A DNA stretch of 62,965 nt, filler included, from Reticulomyxa filosa (Eukaryota > Protista > Foraminifera), in the NCBI GenBank assembly GCA_000512085.1. It is 14 parts of 14 records of this genome, joined end to end, with 100 filler letters (N's around TTAATTAATTAA, not from the genome) between each part and the next. Parts side by side here need not be neighbours in the genome. Positions count along the whole stretch, not along the records: positions 6,061 to 14,388 come from ASPP01026655.1; positions 14,489 to 17,704 come from ASPP01010586.1; positions 17,805 to 27,313 come from ASPP01011605.1; 11 more parts are not named here. One strand, 5' to 3'. The notes under the pieces are model-generated. The model was not told the origin of the DNA. It did not search any database and worked only from the letters and a program-made list of their open reading frames with translations. How positions within the stretch are numbered: the first letter of the stretch is position 1; the number at the start of each line of letters is the position of its first letter. Both the position numbers and the translations under genes were made by a program. Positions 12,360-25,076 of this stretch are shown one piece after another.

Positions 12360-14388
12360 TAATACACAAGTGACTGTAACACTCAGCGATTTGCAATATT
12401 TTTGGGACGAACAAATACATAAACATTCTCGTACGTTTGTATTTGATCCACAACTACTGCTGCGTGGCAATCCTTTTTTTTTGAACCCGTTTCTCAATTT
12501 CGTATTCGATTGTCCACAAATATATCCCGATCGTTTGATTCGGATTGAGCACTTGCCCTTTTTCGAGCAAAAGTGCCATGCCATTGGTCTTTTGGACAGC
12601 CAACGCAAATGGATTCGCGACTGCATATTGGCAGCATTCCAAGTCACAAAGCAGACGCAAATGTCCATCGCCGATCTACGCACCGAACTTGCACAGGGCT
12701 TTGGCCTCCGTCTTTCCGAAACGGAGTTGTTCTCGATTATTGTCAACACTGCTCCGTCGATATGCGAGTTATGAGTTCACAGGACGGAGTCCAAGTCCAA
12801 TTGTGGGACCCATTGCAAATGCACTCCCATCCGACAAAAACGCAGTTACTCGCTTTGCCAATGGAACAAGCAATCGCTCGAATGTGGTCGCAGAATGTGC
12901 ACTGTCCATTGCACCAATTCCAACATATCCTTTGGCAAAATCACTCCACCGTACTCATCACACCTCACTTGAGACACGCGCTCCAAGGCAGTGGTGCATT
13001 CGTCGTGCGCACGTCACAAGACGGGTCCGCTCTTCCACACGTCGACGTCGTCTCCGTCCCGTGGCTGTCGCCTTTGCAGCAAGCCATTGTCGACGTGCTT
13101 GCGACGGCTGATACAAGTCCAATGTCTTTTCAGAATTTGTTCGACCAGCTGACGAGCTTGTACAAATCACGCGACTCTTCTCCGACCCTAAGCGAGGACC
13201 AGGTGCTCAACACCATTTTCAATCAGCTGTGGCTCCATATTTTCATTCGCAAAGCGTATAACGACCATGACGACAACCGAACATGCATGCTCCAATTGCG
13301 GGATTTGAATACCAAATTTGTCGATGCTGTTAAGGCGATTATATGCATATATGTGTATATATATATATATATATATGTGCATATATTGTATATTTGTATT
13401 TATTTATTTGTATGAATCAGAAATGGGCAAAAAGACACTTGGCCAAACTCCGACGCAGACTAAACACAAACGAAGACGAGATAGTTTGTGCGTCGCATTT
13501 GTTGGGCTTTCAATTGTGTCCGACCAAAAAAGAAGACAGACAGATGACATTGCACGACTACTTGACCGACAAAGACTTTGCAGTAATGCCTCTGCAAGGA
13601 AATGACGCTTTGGTCGCGTTGAATGCTGGACATCTGAAAAGGGCGTTGATTCGAATGTCATTAAACACTCCACTGCTTCGAAGCAAAGACACAGTATCAC
13701 TGGAGGAAATCAACATTGCACTGGAACGCCATTTGCTCCCCGTTGCATATTGGAGCGCATCCGCCACAGGACAAGTGGACGCGGACCCAGTCAACGAGTC
13801 ATATTGGAACAAAGAGGGCCACGCCAAAGCGCAAGTGTTGTCCAAAGTGGAGCACGCCGACATTGAAAACTGGTGTTTGGACTTTGTTCGCTGTGTGACT
13901 TTAGATACTGTCAGTAAAGGTGAGGAAGGCGTGCGATCGTCGTATATATACGAAAGGAGAAGACCTTCGACGTTGGGAGGCCATGTTCGACAAGTGGTTA
14001 CTCAATTTGGAGCCATTGCACACAGTATCATAAATACAGGCACAGACACAAACACAAAGATAAAGACAGAAATAGACAGAAATAGAGGCAAATGGATCTT
14101 GTTTGAAGAATTGGAGCGCAAGCTACGAGAGTTGTATCCCAACACGTACTCGCGACTCTCTTCCCATCAATTGCTGCAATCGATTGCCTGCTTTCCTTGG
14201 CTTGGCTATTCCACAATGGACGGCAATGTCGTCGATCACACAAAGCGTTCGAAGGACACTTGGAAGATTCAAGTCGTCTTGGAGAAGGATGATATTGTTG
14301 CAAATCCGGATATACGTGACGATATGTGTCGACAGATAATTTTATCCAATCCTTCTTCTTCTTCTTCTTCTTCTTCTTCTTCTTCTTC
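6061..14388 (+). CDS. Giant (>2,700 aa, both ends truncated) protein with many LOTUS/OST-HTH-like winged-helix repeats
   Basis: ORFs 6106-8604, 8595-10259, 10172-10546, 10294-12774, 12573-13415 and 13343-14388 tile the whole contig. The first five are linked by successive -1 shifts and the last by one intron (about 13329-13420). Motifs include 'LKRKYPQLQPTRYGFNSFRSLLANTP', 'YPNGLHLSQIQRKL', 'LNQFQDEFERTFG', 'IRLSQFCVRFRETFG' and 'LPLSQFQNMFLQTYG...LLQSLERLPGI'. Confidence 0.65.
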
Positions 14389-15014
14389 NNNNNNNNNNNN
14401 NNNNNNNNNNNNNNNNNNNNNNNNNNNNNNNNTTAATTAATTAANNNNNNNNNNNNNNNNNNNNNNNNNNNNNNNNNNNNNNNNNNNNTTTTTTTCATAT
14501 AAATTGAAAAAAATTTTTAATGATCAATATTCGCCGAAGCAAAAAGAAAAAAGAATATCATTAAAAAAAGAAAAAAATTCAAAGAAGTCAATACTTGCAA
14601 CAAACAAGAAAGTGGTGACTAGCCAAAATGTAATGTTTTTTTTGAAAAATAAGGCCCGTTTAAACGGGGAAAGGAAAGTCACTGATGAAAATACTAAGAT
14701 GCAAGTTGAGGTGATTTGCGTGGTCAAAGCAATTAGCAAAAAAATTTTAAAAAAATTGGATGTGCAGTGTAATTAATCGTCGTATTCGTTTCACTCTTCA
14801 AAATCCTTGCAAATATACTAAAAAAACATTCACTTTGTATTTCTTTTAATCACACAAACCGGCACAAGAGCTTAGATCAAAAGATTTTGGCTTAAAGAAA
14901 CAGAAAAACAAGTAGCTTGCTCACAAAAACGGAGAAAAATATTTCAGAGTTGCATTAAACACTTGCTTGAGAATTTTATATTTTGTGAAAGTAACTTAAT
15001 GTTTCTTTTATCAA

Positions 15015-17704
15015 TTAGTCAATATCTTGCATATCTTGTTTGTCTTCATTTTCTTCAGCCTCACATCCACTTGAACATTCAGAGCAATTGCAACTTTGCC
15101 ATGAATCTCTCAATTGCAGTTCATTGTGATTAACAACGTTTTCAGTTTTGGAGTCACCATGGTCGTCATGGCTCTGAGCTGTTGTTGGCTGAGCCATCGA
15201 AAGTGTACGTTGTATGACCAAATATTTGTGATAAAATTCAGTGCTGTGAGTGGAAGCAGTTTCGAGTTTGGATAATTGCAATTCCATTTCCGAAACTTCA
15301 TTTGATGTGATCGTGTCAGCAATAGTAAAGCAATGAATCGGGGTTATCATTTTGAAATTGGATTGTAACATTACCCATCGATTGTAATGGAATGCAAACG
15401 TCAATAGTAAGAACTTGTCTGCCACAGTGACTTGGTTTGGATCACTCCAAATTTTTGTCCATTGCGTTCTCACGTGTTTGCGAATGTTTTCAGGACAAAA
15501 AAAGGATTCCATTGACTTGACATTCACTCCAAATATTATACCTAAGATCTGATCGGTCAAATGGTTCAAATAATATTTCATCGCATCTTCAACATTTCGA
15601 CTGACATCGCGAAATAAACGACAGTACATTTCCAGCTCTTTGGGTTGAAGTTGGCTACCTTCACTGGAGCTATTATCATAGATGGTTTCGACGATACGTC
15701 GTTGCACATGGCAGCTGAACTTATGGCACATTATCACTGCAAACATCATCATGCTATAAGTCCCACTACAGCATCCATCCGAGCCATATACATACATTTA
15801 CACATCACGACATCTCAAAAAAAAAAAAAAAAAGAAAAAAAGGGGGGGGGGGGGGGGAGGGACATAAAGTTAGAGCCATTCAAAAACAAACACACAAACA
15901 AACAAAAAGCAGCCCAAATTTACCACCCAACGATGTTCCACTACAATATGCATCTTTGGCATATTGGAAGGCTTGATTATCATCAGAAGCATGTATCCCG
16001 ACGCCCATGCATAAATCGCTGGCAAGAAACGAATTAAAAATGGCACAGCTTTCGTCTTTTTTGAAACAATGTCTCAAGTACTTCATTCCCATATTATACA
16101 AGTTATTGTTGGAAGATTGGCTACTAGCTCCACTTAAGTGCAGGCATACTATTCCAAATAAATAATACATGGACAAAGAAGACGATAAAAGACTGCCTCT
16201 ATCTTTTTCGTTTTTCATAATATCGGTTCCTATTCTCATTTTTATCGACTCTGTCAATACTTGATAAAGGATACGTGCTGGAGTGGTCAGAAACTCTCGA
16301 CAAACGTGCAATTTTTTCGCTTTGCTATGTTCCTCTTTCATTTTGTCTTCGCTCAGATCCGGGTAGATGCATTTATGCAAATTTTGGAACAGCATGTCCA
16401 CCAAATCAATACCATCTTGCAAATACTTTTCGTTCCATTCTCCTTCATGGTTGGGAGCCGTTATTAGCAGGTCAAACACAATGGTGTATACGTCGTTCAT
16501 TACGATATCGTCGAATCGAGGAGGCCTCCATTGTTGGTGGCTCGGTCTTATAAATTCATTGATTAACGCGGCCCTTGCTGAATGATTTTCATCATTAAAA
16601 CACAACAAAATAGAACGTTAGCACAGGCTCGTTTTTTTTTTTTTCTACCTTTCCCTTTTCTTCATTTACATACGTACACACCTTGTATTGGCAATTGGGG
16701 ATTGCACAAATAACAGGCTAAATAATGGATATGCTTTTGGAGTGGGTTGAACTTGAAAAAACTCAACGGCGGATAATGTTCGCTGACAATGCGTTTGTAA
16801 TAGAACTGCTCAGGAAAGCGATAGACACTGCGAGCGAAGGTACTCCAAGGGATGTGATGGCGCTGGATCAGTCGCTGCAGCTGCGCAAAGGAGGTGGAAC
16901 TGGATGTTTTATCGGTCGTGCAGCAATAGGTGATGAGTAGAGTGACGACATCGACCATGCAAGGATAGCTAAGCGAGTTGGAGCCATACCAAGAAGGATA
17001 CGGCCAATGGAAAAGAGCATCACATTGCGAAAACGTATGCAATCCATTTTCGATAGTAGTTTGGAGGGACTCTGTCTTTGCTGGATGATAGCAGTTTGGA
17101 GAATAACGTTTCAGCCATTGCTGCAACAAGGCAAACTCGTATTTCGGTTCATCTCAAATTTCTTTGCTGGCATTGCTCGTGTGCGTTCCATCGCGTGGGA
17201 TCGTCCGGACTCCATTTTTTGTATTGCTCGTCCAAGTACTTTTTCTTTAAAGCATACAACAAGTTATACCATTGTATTGCCGTCAACCCTTCCAATATCG
17301 TGCGTTCGTTGGTTGCTTTTTTTGGAGTACGTATCCCACGAATGCCTTGCGCAATTTCCCAAGGTACTTTTTGCCAAAGATCAAATACAAATTACGTTCG
17401 AAGGGATTGAGACCGTGCAAGTCATTGCACTTTGACCTTGACGTCGACTTGGACTTGTCATCCTTGCGCAATGTGTCATTGCTCACAACCAGGTCCAACA
17501 TGTCTTGCAAGTGCTCCATTGTCACTTGGTTGGGACGGAGGGTCATTCGAAAGTACAAACATACGAGCAGCTTTGCCGTCATTGTCCAATCCAAACAAAA
17601 CCTGTTACGTCCACGATTGTCCTCGTTGTTTGAGTCCTTTGACTCCGTTTCATTTGTATCATCTCCAGTCGTATTATTATTATTATTATTATTATTATCA
17701 TTAT
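15015..17704 (-). CDS. Hypothetical multi-exon helical protein with a possible Sel1-like repeat, 5' end truncated
   Basis: ORFs 17283-17594, 16662-17129, 15880-16608 and 15015-15797 are joined by poly-A/T introns and two frameshifts. 'LASDLCMGVGIHASDDNQAFQYAKDA' resembles a Sel1 repeat. Confidence 0.55.
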
Positions 17705-19483
17705 NNNNNNNNNNNNNNNNNNNNNNNNNNNNNNNNNNNNNNNNNNNNTTAATTAATTAANNNNNNNNNNNNNNNNNNNNNNNNNNNNNNNNNNNNNNNN
17801 NNNNAAAAAAAAAAAGGTTGAAGGGCTTGAATGCTAATAATTGTGTTTTATATGCGTGTATGCTTTTTGGTTTTTTTGTTTTGTTTGTTTCTTAAAAGAA
17901 GGAATCAAAGGAAAAGAAAAGAGGCACCAGAATGTTTTGTGGCTTTTGTGGGATTGCTTGTGCAATGAATTTTTTCTTTTCTGAAAACACTGACTTGTTG
18001 AGTTTTCTGAGTATTTGTGTGTCCAACATCACAATATCCTTTTTTGGATTGATCGCTGTGTCCACTGTGTTTTTTTTTTGTTATTTGTTGTCGGGTTTTA
18101 AAAAAGAAATTCCCAAATTTATTGGGTTTTACTTTTGGTACTACTGTTTCACCAAAAGCAAATGACAATTCACGTTTTTGGAAACTAAACGAACCACTGT
18201 AATTTATAGGTACCATTTGATGTAGTCACTAAAATTATATTTTGAAAAAGAGTAAATTTCACGTTAAAAAAATATGATGTTTTTTCCTCCACAAAGAGTT
18301 CTCTCAAAATAAACAAGCAACAATAAAATATGTTCAATTTTTGAGTAATGGTAACGCCACCACCAAAGATAAAAACAATTCAGCGACAACAAAAAATAAT
18401 CCAATGGCTCCAACAATCAAATCAAAATTGTTTCTGGAACAGTCAAACACAACACATATTTTGAAAACAGGTTCCGTAGTTTTGGGCCCTTTGAAAAATA
18501 CTTTTTGTACTCAACATATTTTTTTGCCACAACAAAAAAAACAAATATCCTGCAATCACTGGGACAATCAGCGTTAAAGAGTACAACAAAATCCGAGGAT
18601 TTATCGATATATTTCCCTTTGACACTAAAGATTATCATTCAAATTAAAGTTCACTACAAAGTCTGTGCCCTTTTAACAAACAACTTAACTAAGTTTCAAC
18701 CTAATGACATTCGATGTACACCATAACCCTAACACGGCAAATTCCGAGATAATTATGGTTATGTTGTGAGCATAAACACTTGCTATTGTGATAGATATCA
18801 AAACATCTACACGTTGCCATAAGAATCAAAATTAATGAAACAAAGACTTTTCACGAACCTTTGCAAATGAGCTCGATGAAATTAATTGAAGAAAATCCAA
18901 GCATAAAATAATAGTCATAGTACAGCAAAACTTGAAGTGGTAAATATGGTTGCTAAATCAAATATACACAAAAGTATAGCTGTAAATAATTTAATTTTGT
19001 TGTGGAGATTAATGTCACAAATTATGTTTCTTTGAAAATGAAGATATCCAACAATTGTTTTGCCTACATGACCAAGCACACAAATATTGAGCAATGTAAA
19101 TTATTTTTTTTTTTGCAAACTGCGTTTACCTTGAAGTATTTCTTCCATTATCACTAAATTGGTAAAGTTTTGGGATAAAAAGGACAAAAAAATCAAAAAA
19201 GTCATTGAATTTGTGACGTCATCCGCAATATGCGTGCTTGATGTACATTGAAAGTAAATATCTTGTAGATATAGTTTTGTATTTATTTAAAATGTATAAG
19301 CCTGTGCATCGTTATTTTTGAACGTTGCTATTAGATTGAAAATTTTTCGATCAAAAAAGGAATACTGTTTACATCTTGAGATTATTGTTGTGATACATGA
19401 TCTGGTTTTAGCCAGGAAACAAAAAGTGGGGATATTAAAAAAGGAGTGCGTTTTTCTCAGTTTAGGAAAAGGGTGGTACAAAT

Positions 19484-20664
19484 ATGGTGAAAGTTTCAAC
19501 ATGTCTTGAACCAGGACAAGATCATCCACAAATCTATGCACATTGGGGTGGAACCCAGTTGTTGGTGAATCTCTGTGTAACGCCTTTGCAGACATGGCTT
19601 TGTGTGTACGCAGTGGGACACTTGTGCGCATCACAAAAAATATTTGGAAAATTGAAAGTATCGTTTATTTGCTACCAAATATCAGTAGTAATTTACCAAT
19701 GGACAAGTTTTTTGTACTATGTGCCTTTTCGATACGCAGGGCTTCCTATTTATTATCCATTCTGTTACATTGCCGAGTTCATGTTGTTTTTCTGTGGAGC
19801 CTTGACCTATATCATGGCAAACATATTCTGGTTACTAAGATTATTGAGCGTCTTCCAAGGAACAAAATGGGAACTAAGTAATTCTATAAGACGTGTTTTA
19901 TTTGTTATTTTATCCATCGTATTTACAGTGTTTCCATTTTTAGCCTTTTGGATTGGTTTCACAAGTCATTGTGTTCGTCCCTTGAGATGCACTGATTTCG
20001 ATATATTGCATGCCTTTTCGATCTATAATAGGCATGTTCGTATTACGGTTTTTTTTTTTTATCATATAAATCCTGACAAACCCCATAACAATTTCTTTTT
20101 TTTTATTATTGTTATTATTATGATAATTATTTCGAGCAACAGGGATTTATGGGAGTGTTATGGATGGGACAATTGGGCTTGGACTGGACTGACAGCGCTT
20201 GGGGGTATTGTGAACTTTGGAATAAGTTCAGTGTTGGCGTACTTGTACATCTCCAGATTAAGGAAGGTACATCAACTTGCGCAAAACAATAATGATGTCT
20301 CCGACGGAAATTCGTATGAACGTATCCAACGTTCCTCGGTGATTGCTGTGACCAGCATTATCAGCACAATGATCGCCATTGGCATCACTGCATTGCTACA
20401 AACAGAATACTTTTTTATGAATATCGATGGCCTATTAAATGGTTGTTTGGCCTTGTCCGCTTTCAATTTCGGTGATTCAATGTACAAGTTCCTTTGCTGC
20501 GGTTGTATTCGTGCCGGCCTTGTTCTGGAGTTACACCCAAATCACTTCGGCATAAAAACACAGTAACTAAAACTTCTACGCCACCTGACGATGCGAAACC
20601 TCAGACCCGTGCTGTTGCTATGACTTCGATCAGTGGCTCCTTCACTCCTTCTCCGGGTGATTAG
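19484..20664 (+). CDS. Seven-transmembrane GPCR-like receptor
   Basis: About seven hydrophobic segments, a Cys-containing extracellular loop and 'YKFLCCGC' after TM7. There is an in-frame intron at 20032-20142. An S/T/P-rich C-tail continues in the -1 frame to TAG at 20662-20664. Confidence 0.65.
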
Positions 20665-21474
20665 CTTTGCTTAATTCTGGGTGTTAGATTTTTTTTTCTT
20701 TTGTTGTCTCTCTTTTTCTCCTATTCTTGTTCAGTTTTTTCTTATTGCATCGATGTTGTTGTTTTAAGTGCTTTGGTAGCAAAGAGTGTAATTGGTTCTT
20801 CTTTGTTCAATATCGCTCACCCTTCTTTTTTTTTTAGCATATGATTAGAAGCGAACATTCCAAAAAAATTTTCTGGAACAAAAAGAACCTGGACAATTCA
20901 CGCCATAAAATAGAAACACCTTTGCATTTTTCTTTTCTTTTTTTTCTTCCCCGCTGTCATTTTGCGATATCACAGAATGTTGTACGTGTTTACTTGTATT
21001 GTATTTTTGTTATACAGCACGACACAACTTTTTTTGAAATGAAATGGACAGTAAAAAAAAATCGAAAAGTAACATTTTTCAATAGATGATGTTCTTGGAA
21101 AGTGAAATTCTGTTGAGTAAAAGTTTTATTATAAGCTGTGGTCCTGATTAGGTACACAGAAAAAGTATCAATAACAGCGAATTTCTTAGAACAATGACCC
21201 ACTAAAAATTAATATATTGAAAACTGAAACATCAGAATTAAAATGTAGTTCAAATGAAAGAACATTGAAATTGCAGGATTATGCATGGCATCCCAGACAA
21301 ATTTTTGGTTTGTTAAAAATTGGATTGCAAATTTCTGGAACTCCATAATAACGCTGATCGAATCTCATAATGTAGTTGTCAAAAAAAGTTTTTCTTTGAA
21401 AATCCAACTCAGCGATCAAGTTTAACATAATTAATTTATAATTCCACGCGTAGAATGTATTCAAACAACTTAAG

Positions 21475-22978
21475 TTGCGTAATTTCTTCGCTTTCATGCT
21501 TTTTTGTAAAAACACTTGTCGTAATTGCGCTGTTCTAGCAATAGAGACCAGCTCCGTGCCAAAAACACGTGACGAAAAAAAACCCTTTCCCCTCAATCTT
21601 TCTCCATCCGGCAAAAATACCATTCAAAAAAGTCCAATTCATTCTGTTTCACCTAGAAAAGTTTTGCTTTCTATATTTCCGGCAAAAACAAAAGATCTCG
21701 CTTTGTTCTTGCCAGGTTCTTTTGCACTGTGCACATACATACGAAATTTTTTTTGATGCACAACATCATAGAATGCGACAGTAGAGGCCAGCCGTGGCAA
21801 ACATACAGCAAGTACTGATTTATATGCAAAGCTTGAGAAAATGGCACATACAAATGAACTCAGTAGTGATGACATTGATGCGCACCATTGCTCTTTGTTG
21901 CTCGCGTCACTTTCCTTGGTAAACACCAAAAGTAGTGACGACAGCAAACCCAAGAAAAAGCAAAAAACTCTGGAAATTTTGAGCTCGAACAAAATTGAAG
22001 GGCACGATTACGATAGTCTTCCCACACGCCTGACAAAGGCCTTGTTTTCTCCAAAATATCGTGCCCCGAGCAATACTGCAGACCTCGCTATTAATAAAGA
22101 CACTGTTTCTATCGAGTCCAAAGACGAGACATCACAAAAGGAAATGGATTGGTTCGCAGCTGCGCAACACTTAAAAGTTTTGTTGCGCACATTTTTTTCC
22201 CCCATTTTCCCAAGAATTTTCTTTTTTTCCCCCTACCTTTTTTTTAATTCAAACAATGCAAATTAAAAAAATAATAATAATAAAAAACAATTGGACAGCG
22301 CTGTTTATGGGAATGTGCAGAAGAAGAAGTGGATGCATTTTTGTTCATGAAATACGCTCCACAAATTCCTGATTCGTTTTTTGCACGCAACCGTCATGCC
22401 TTCCTTCGAAGAGCGAACACCGATCTAGCCACACATTGGTTTTGGACTTGGACGAAACGTTGGTCCATTGCACGATTGAACCGTCTCCGAAACCGGATAT
22501 AATATTCCCAGTTGTGTTCAACGGAGAAAATTATAAGGTGTACATGCGAAAGAGACCTCATTTCCAAAGCTTTTTAGAGTTTGCGTCCAAGTTATTTGAA
22601 GTAGTTGTGTTCACTGCTTCACAAAAATGTTATGCGAATAAGTTATTGGACATGGTCGATCCTTCTAAAAAATACATCCATCATCGTTTGTTCAGGGATC
22701 ACTGTGTGCAAGTCGAAGGCAATTTTGTTAAAGACTTGCGAGTTATTGGCAGAGATCTCAGTAAAACTATCATTGTTGATAATTCGCCACCCGCTTTTAC
22801 CTATCAAGTGGATAACGGCATCCCAATAGTATCTTGGTTTGACAACGATGAAGATCAAGAATTGTTGCGACTGATCCCAATCCTTCAGAAGTTAAAAGAA
22901 TGCTCCGACGTTAGACCTCTTATCCGAAAGTTCTTTCAAACCAAAAAATTACTAAAGCAATTTACTGACAGACATTAA
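21475..22978 (+). CDS. CTD small phosphatase-like protein (FCP1/SCP NIF domain, CTDSPL2-like)
   Basis: HAD motif 'LVLDLDETLVH', plus 'RPHFQSFL', 'VVFTAS', 'RLFRDHC', 'VKDLRVIGRDL', 'IVDNSP' and 'NGIPIVSWF...DQEL'. Intron at about 22177-22298. The start is uncertain. Confidence 0.92.
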
Positions 22979-23679
22979 TTGTGCTGTTTAGTATGTGGTA
23001 CTAACTTTTTTTTTTGCTTGTACTAAACTGAGAGTTTCTCTTTCAACCAGTTTTTTGTTCATCTTTCCACATCATCTCTCTGCTCTCGGCAGCAAATGTA
23101 AGAATTGTGTTTTATTGTTAGTAACGGGTTGTTTTTTGTTGTTCGTTTTTTTATAGTATTTGTTCTCATGTATTTCCTATATTAATGTCCTGTGTTTTTT
23201 AGCATTACCGAAATCTTCCTCAAACCACTCATAATTGAAAAGAAAATATAAAGTTTTTTTGTAGAGATATCCCCTAAGGACTGAAAAAAAAAACTCGTTT
23301 TTTTTTATGAAAAAGGAAATTTGTCGTTTTTTCGTTGAGAAACGTTCAGTTCGTAACTAATATTTCAAATGTTATTGTTATTGCAATTTTTATTTCAGTT
23401 TTCAAAAATTTGATTTTACAAATGTTTCCATTTTTAGCGATTTTATTGAAAAGAAAAAGATAAACATCAATATCATTTAAAACAATTACAATTTTAAAAA
23501 ACAATTCAAAACACAATGTATTTTGTGCAAATCAAAGAAATATTTTCAAAATTACAATTACCTTTTTGCAAAGTCTCCAATTTTAATATCATCGTAAATG
23601 CGCGACCATAAAAAAATTACAAAAAAACACTCCACTTTCTTTTTTAAGAACGTAAAGCAATAGTTTGTTTTAAGGTATT

Positions 23680-24420
23680 GATGCACTAACTTGGTGGTAG
23701 TGGCAAAGACGAAGAAAGACTTCAATACTTTAAAAAGAAAAAGACCAACGCCAAGTATACGAATGCCAAGAGATCTTACATGGGCTAGGAGAAGATGACT
23801 CACCAGAAATATACTGGATAAAAGGGCATGCAGGTATACCTGAAATGAGCAAGCAGATAGAGCTGCAAAGAGTGCCATGAAAAAAGATTAGAAGAATCAA
23901 TGCAATTTGGCAAAACAATTAAAAAAGGAAAGGCAACTCATTAACATACAAGTACTAACACACCATTTTGCAGATGATTGGAATCGCCACTGGATAAATG
24001 AAGGATCAGAAAGTATACGACATCAGCACTAAAAACTTTTCTTATCAAGTTTGGCAGAAGTACAAACATTTGAAAGTATGGTATTACATCGTATGCAAAT
24101 ACATGAGCGCATGATCATTTGCAGAGTAATCACTTGGAAAGTAGTATTAAATGAATACCTACACTCAATAAAAAAGGCTGAAACACCGTTCTACAATTGG
24201 TGCAAACATGAGACAGAGTCAGTAGGACATTTCTTGATAAAATTCCCGCAGTACGAAAACAGCATGCAAGATTGGAAAAAGAATGCAAAAGACATAAATC
24301 CATAATTTCATTTGACGTAAGCAAGCTAAAGTAATGACCGTACTTGGGCTCCCGAAATCAGGATCAAGATAGTTCAAGAACTTGTGAAATTTGTTGTGGC
24401 AATAAAAAGAAATATTTCAC
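23680..24420 (+). mobile_element. Decayed 3' part of a non-LTR retrotransposon (RNase H plus C-terminal zinc-knuckle region)
   Basis: 23815-23876 reads 'WIKGHAGIP-NEQADRAAKSA' across a frameshift, the RNase H motif. Downstream, 'LNEYLHSIKKAETPFYNWCKHETESVGHFLIKFPQY' is a degenerate CCHC region typical of LINE ORF2 C-termini. Multiple stops and frameshifts. Boundaries are approximate. Confidence 0.8.
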
Positions 24421-25076
24421 AATTTAAATTCACTAATATTTTTGCATATTTCTCAAAAAATTGACAAAAAATGAAACAATCACCTGTATTTATAATTCCT
24501 ATGTTAAATATAATCAATTTTCTATACAAAAACAAATATTTAAACATATTTTTTTGGAAAATTTGATGCTTTTTTCATCGAATTTTCTTTTAAAGACTAA
24601 ATATGTATCATTTTGAAATTAACCGTTGTCGTACTGGAGGTATGTATGTGTGGACTAACTTCGATGAATGACAAAAAAATGTCTATATAATCTTTTTTGA
24701 ATTCCGAAAAGCACTTCAGTTGAAGATGTACGTTTCGTGGTGCAACTTTTTATTTTGGGCGTGATTGCACGTAAAAGTATGTTATAATGTAACAACTGGT
24801 TAGAATCAATTTTTAGAAAATGCAATATTGAAATATTTGTAAGATAAAAAAAGATTATCCGTTTGTTTTTTACTGAATCCAAAGCTATTTATTACTGAAC
24901 GCCAGTGCAGAAATGCGTTGATGTACATCATAAAAAAGAATTATTCATGAAAAAAGAGTGAAGTTGAACCCTCGTTTTCTGTTTAATAAAATACAAGTAA
25001 AAAAAAAAGGGAATAAATAACAAGGGCAAGATAAAAAGATACGAGTATTTTATCACAATTTCCTTGATTATGAAAA

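Noticed and set aside
17317-17323. A_AAA_AAG slippery heptamer (minus strand) at a -1 shift
   Set aside because: It cannot be distinguished from a homopolymer under-call, and no stimulatory structure was evident.
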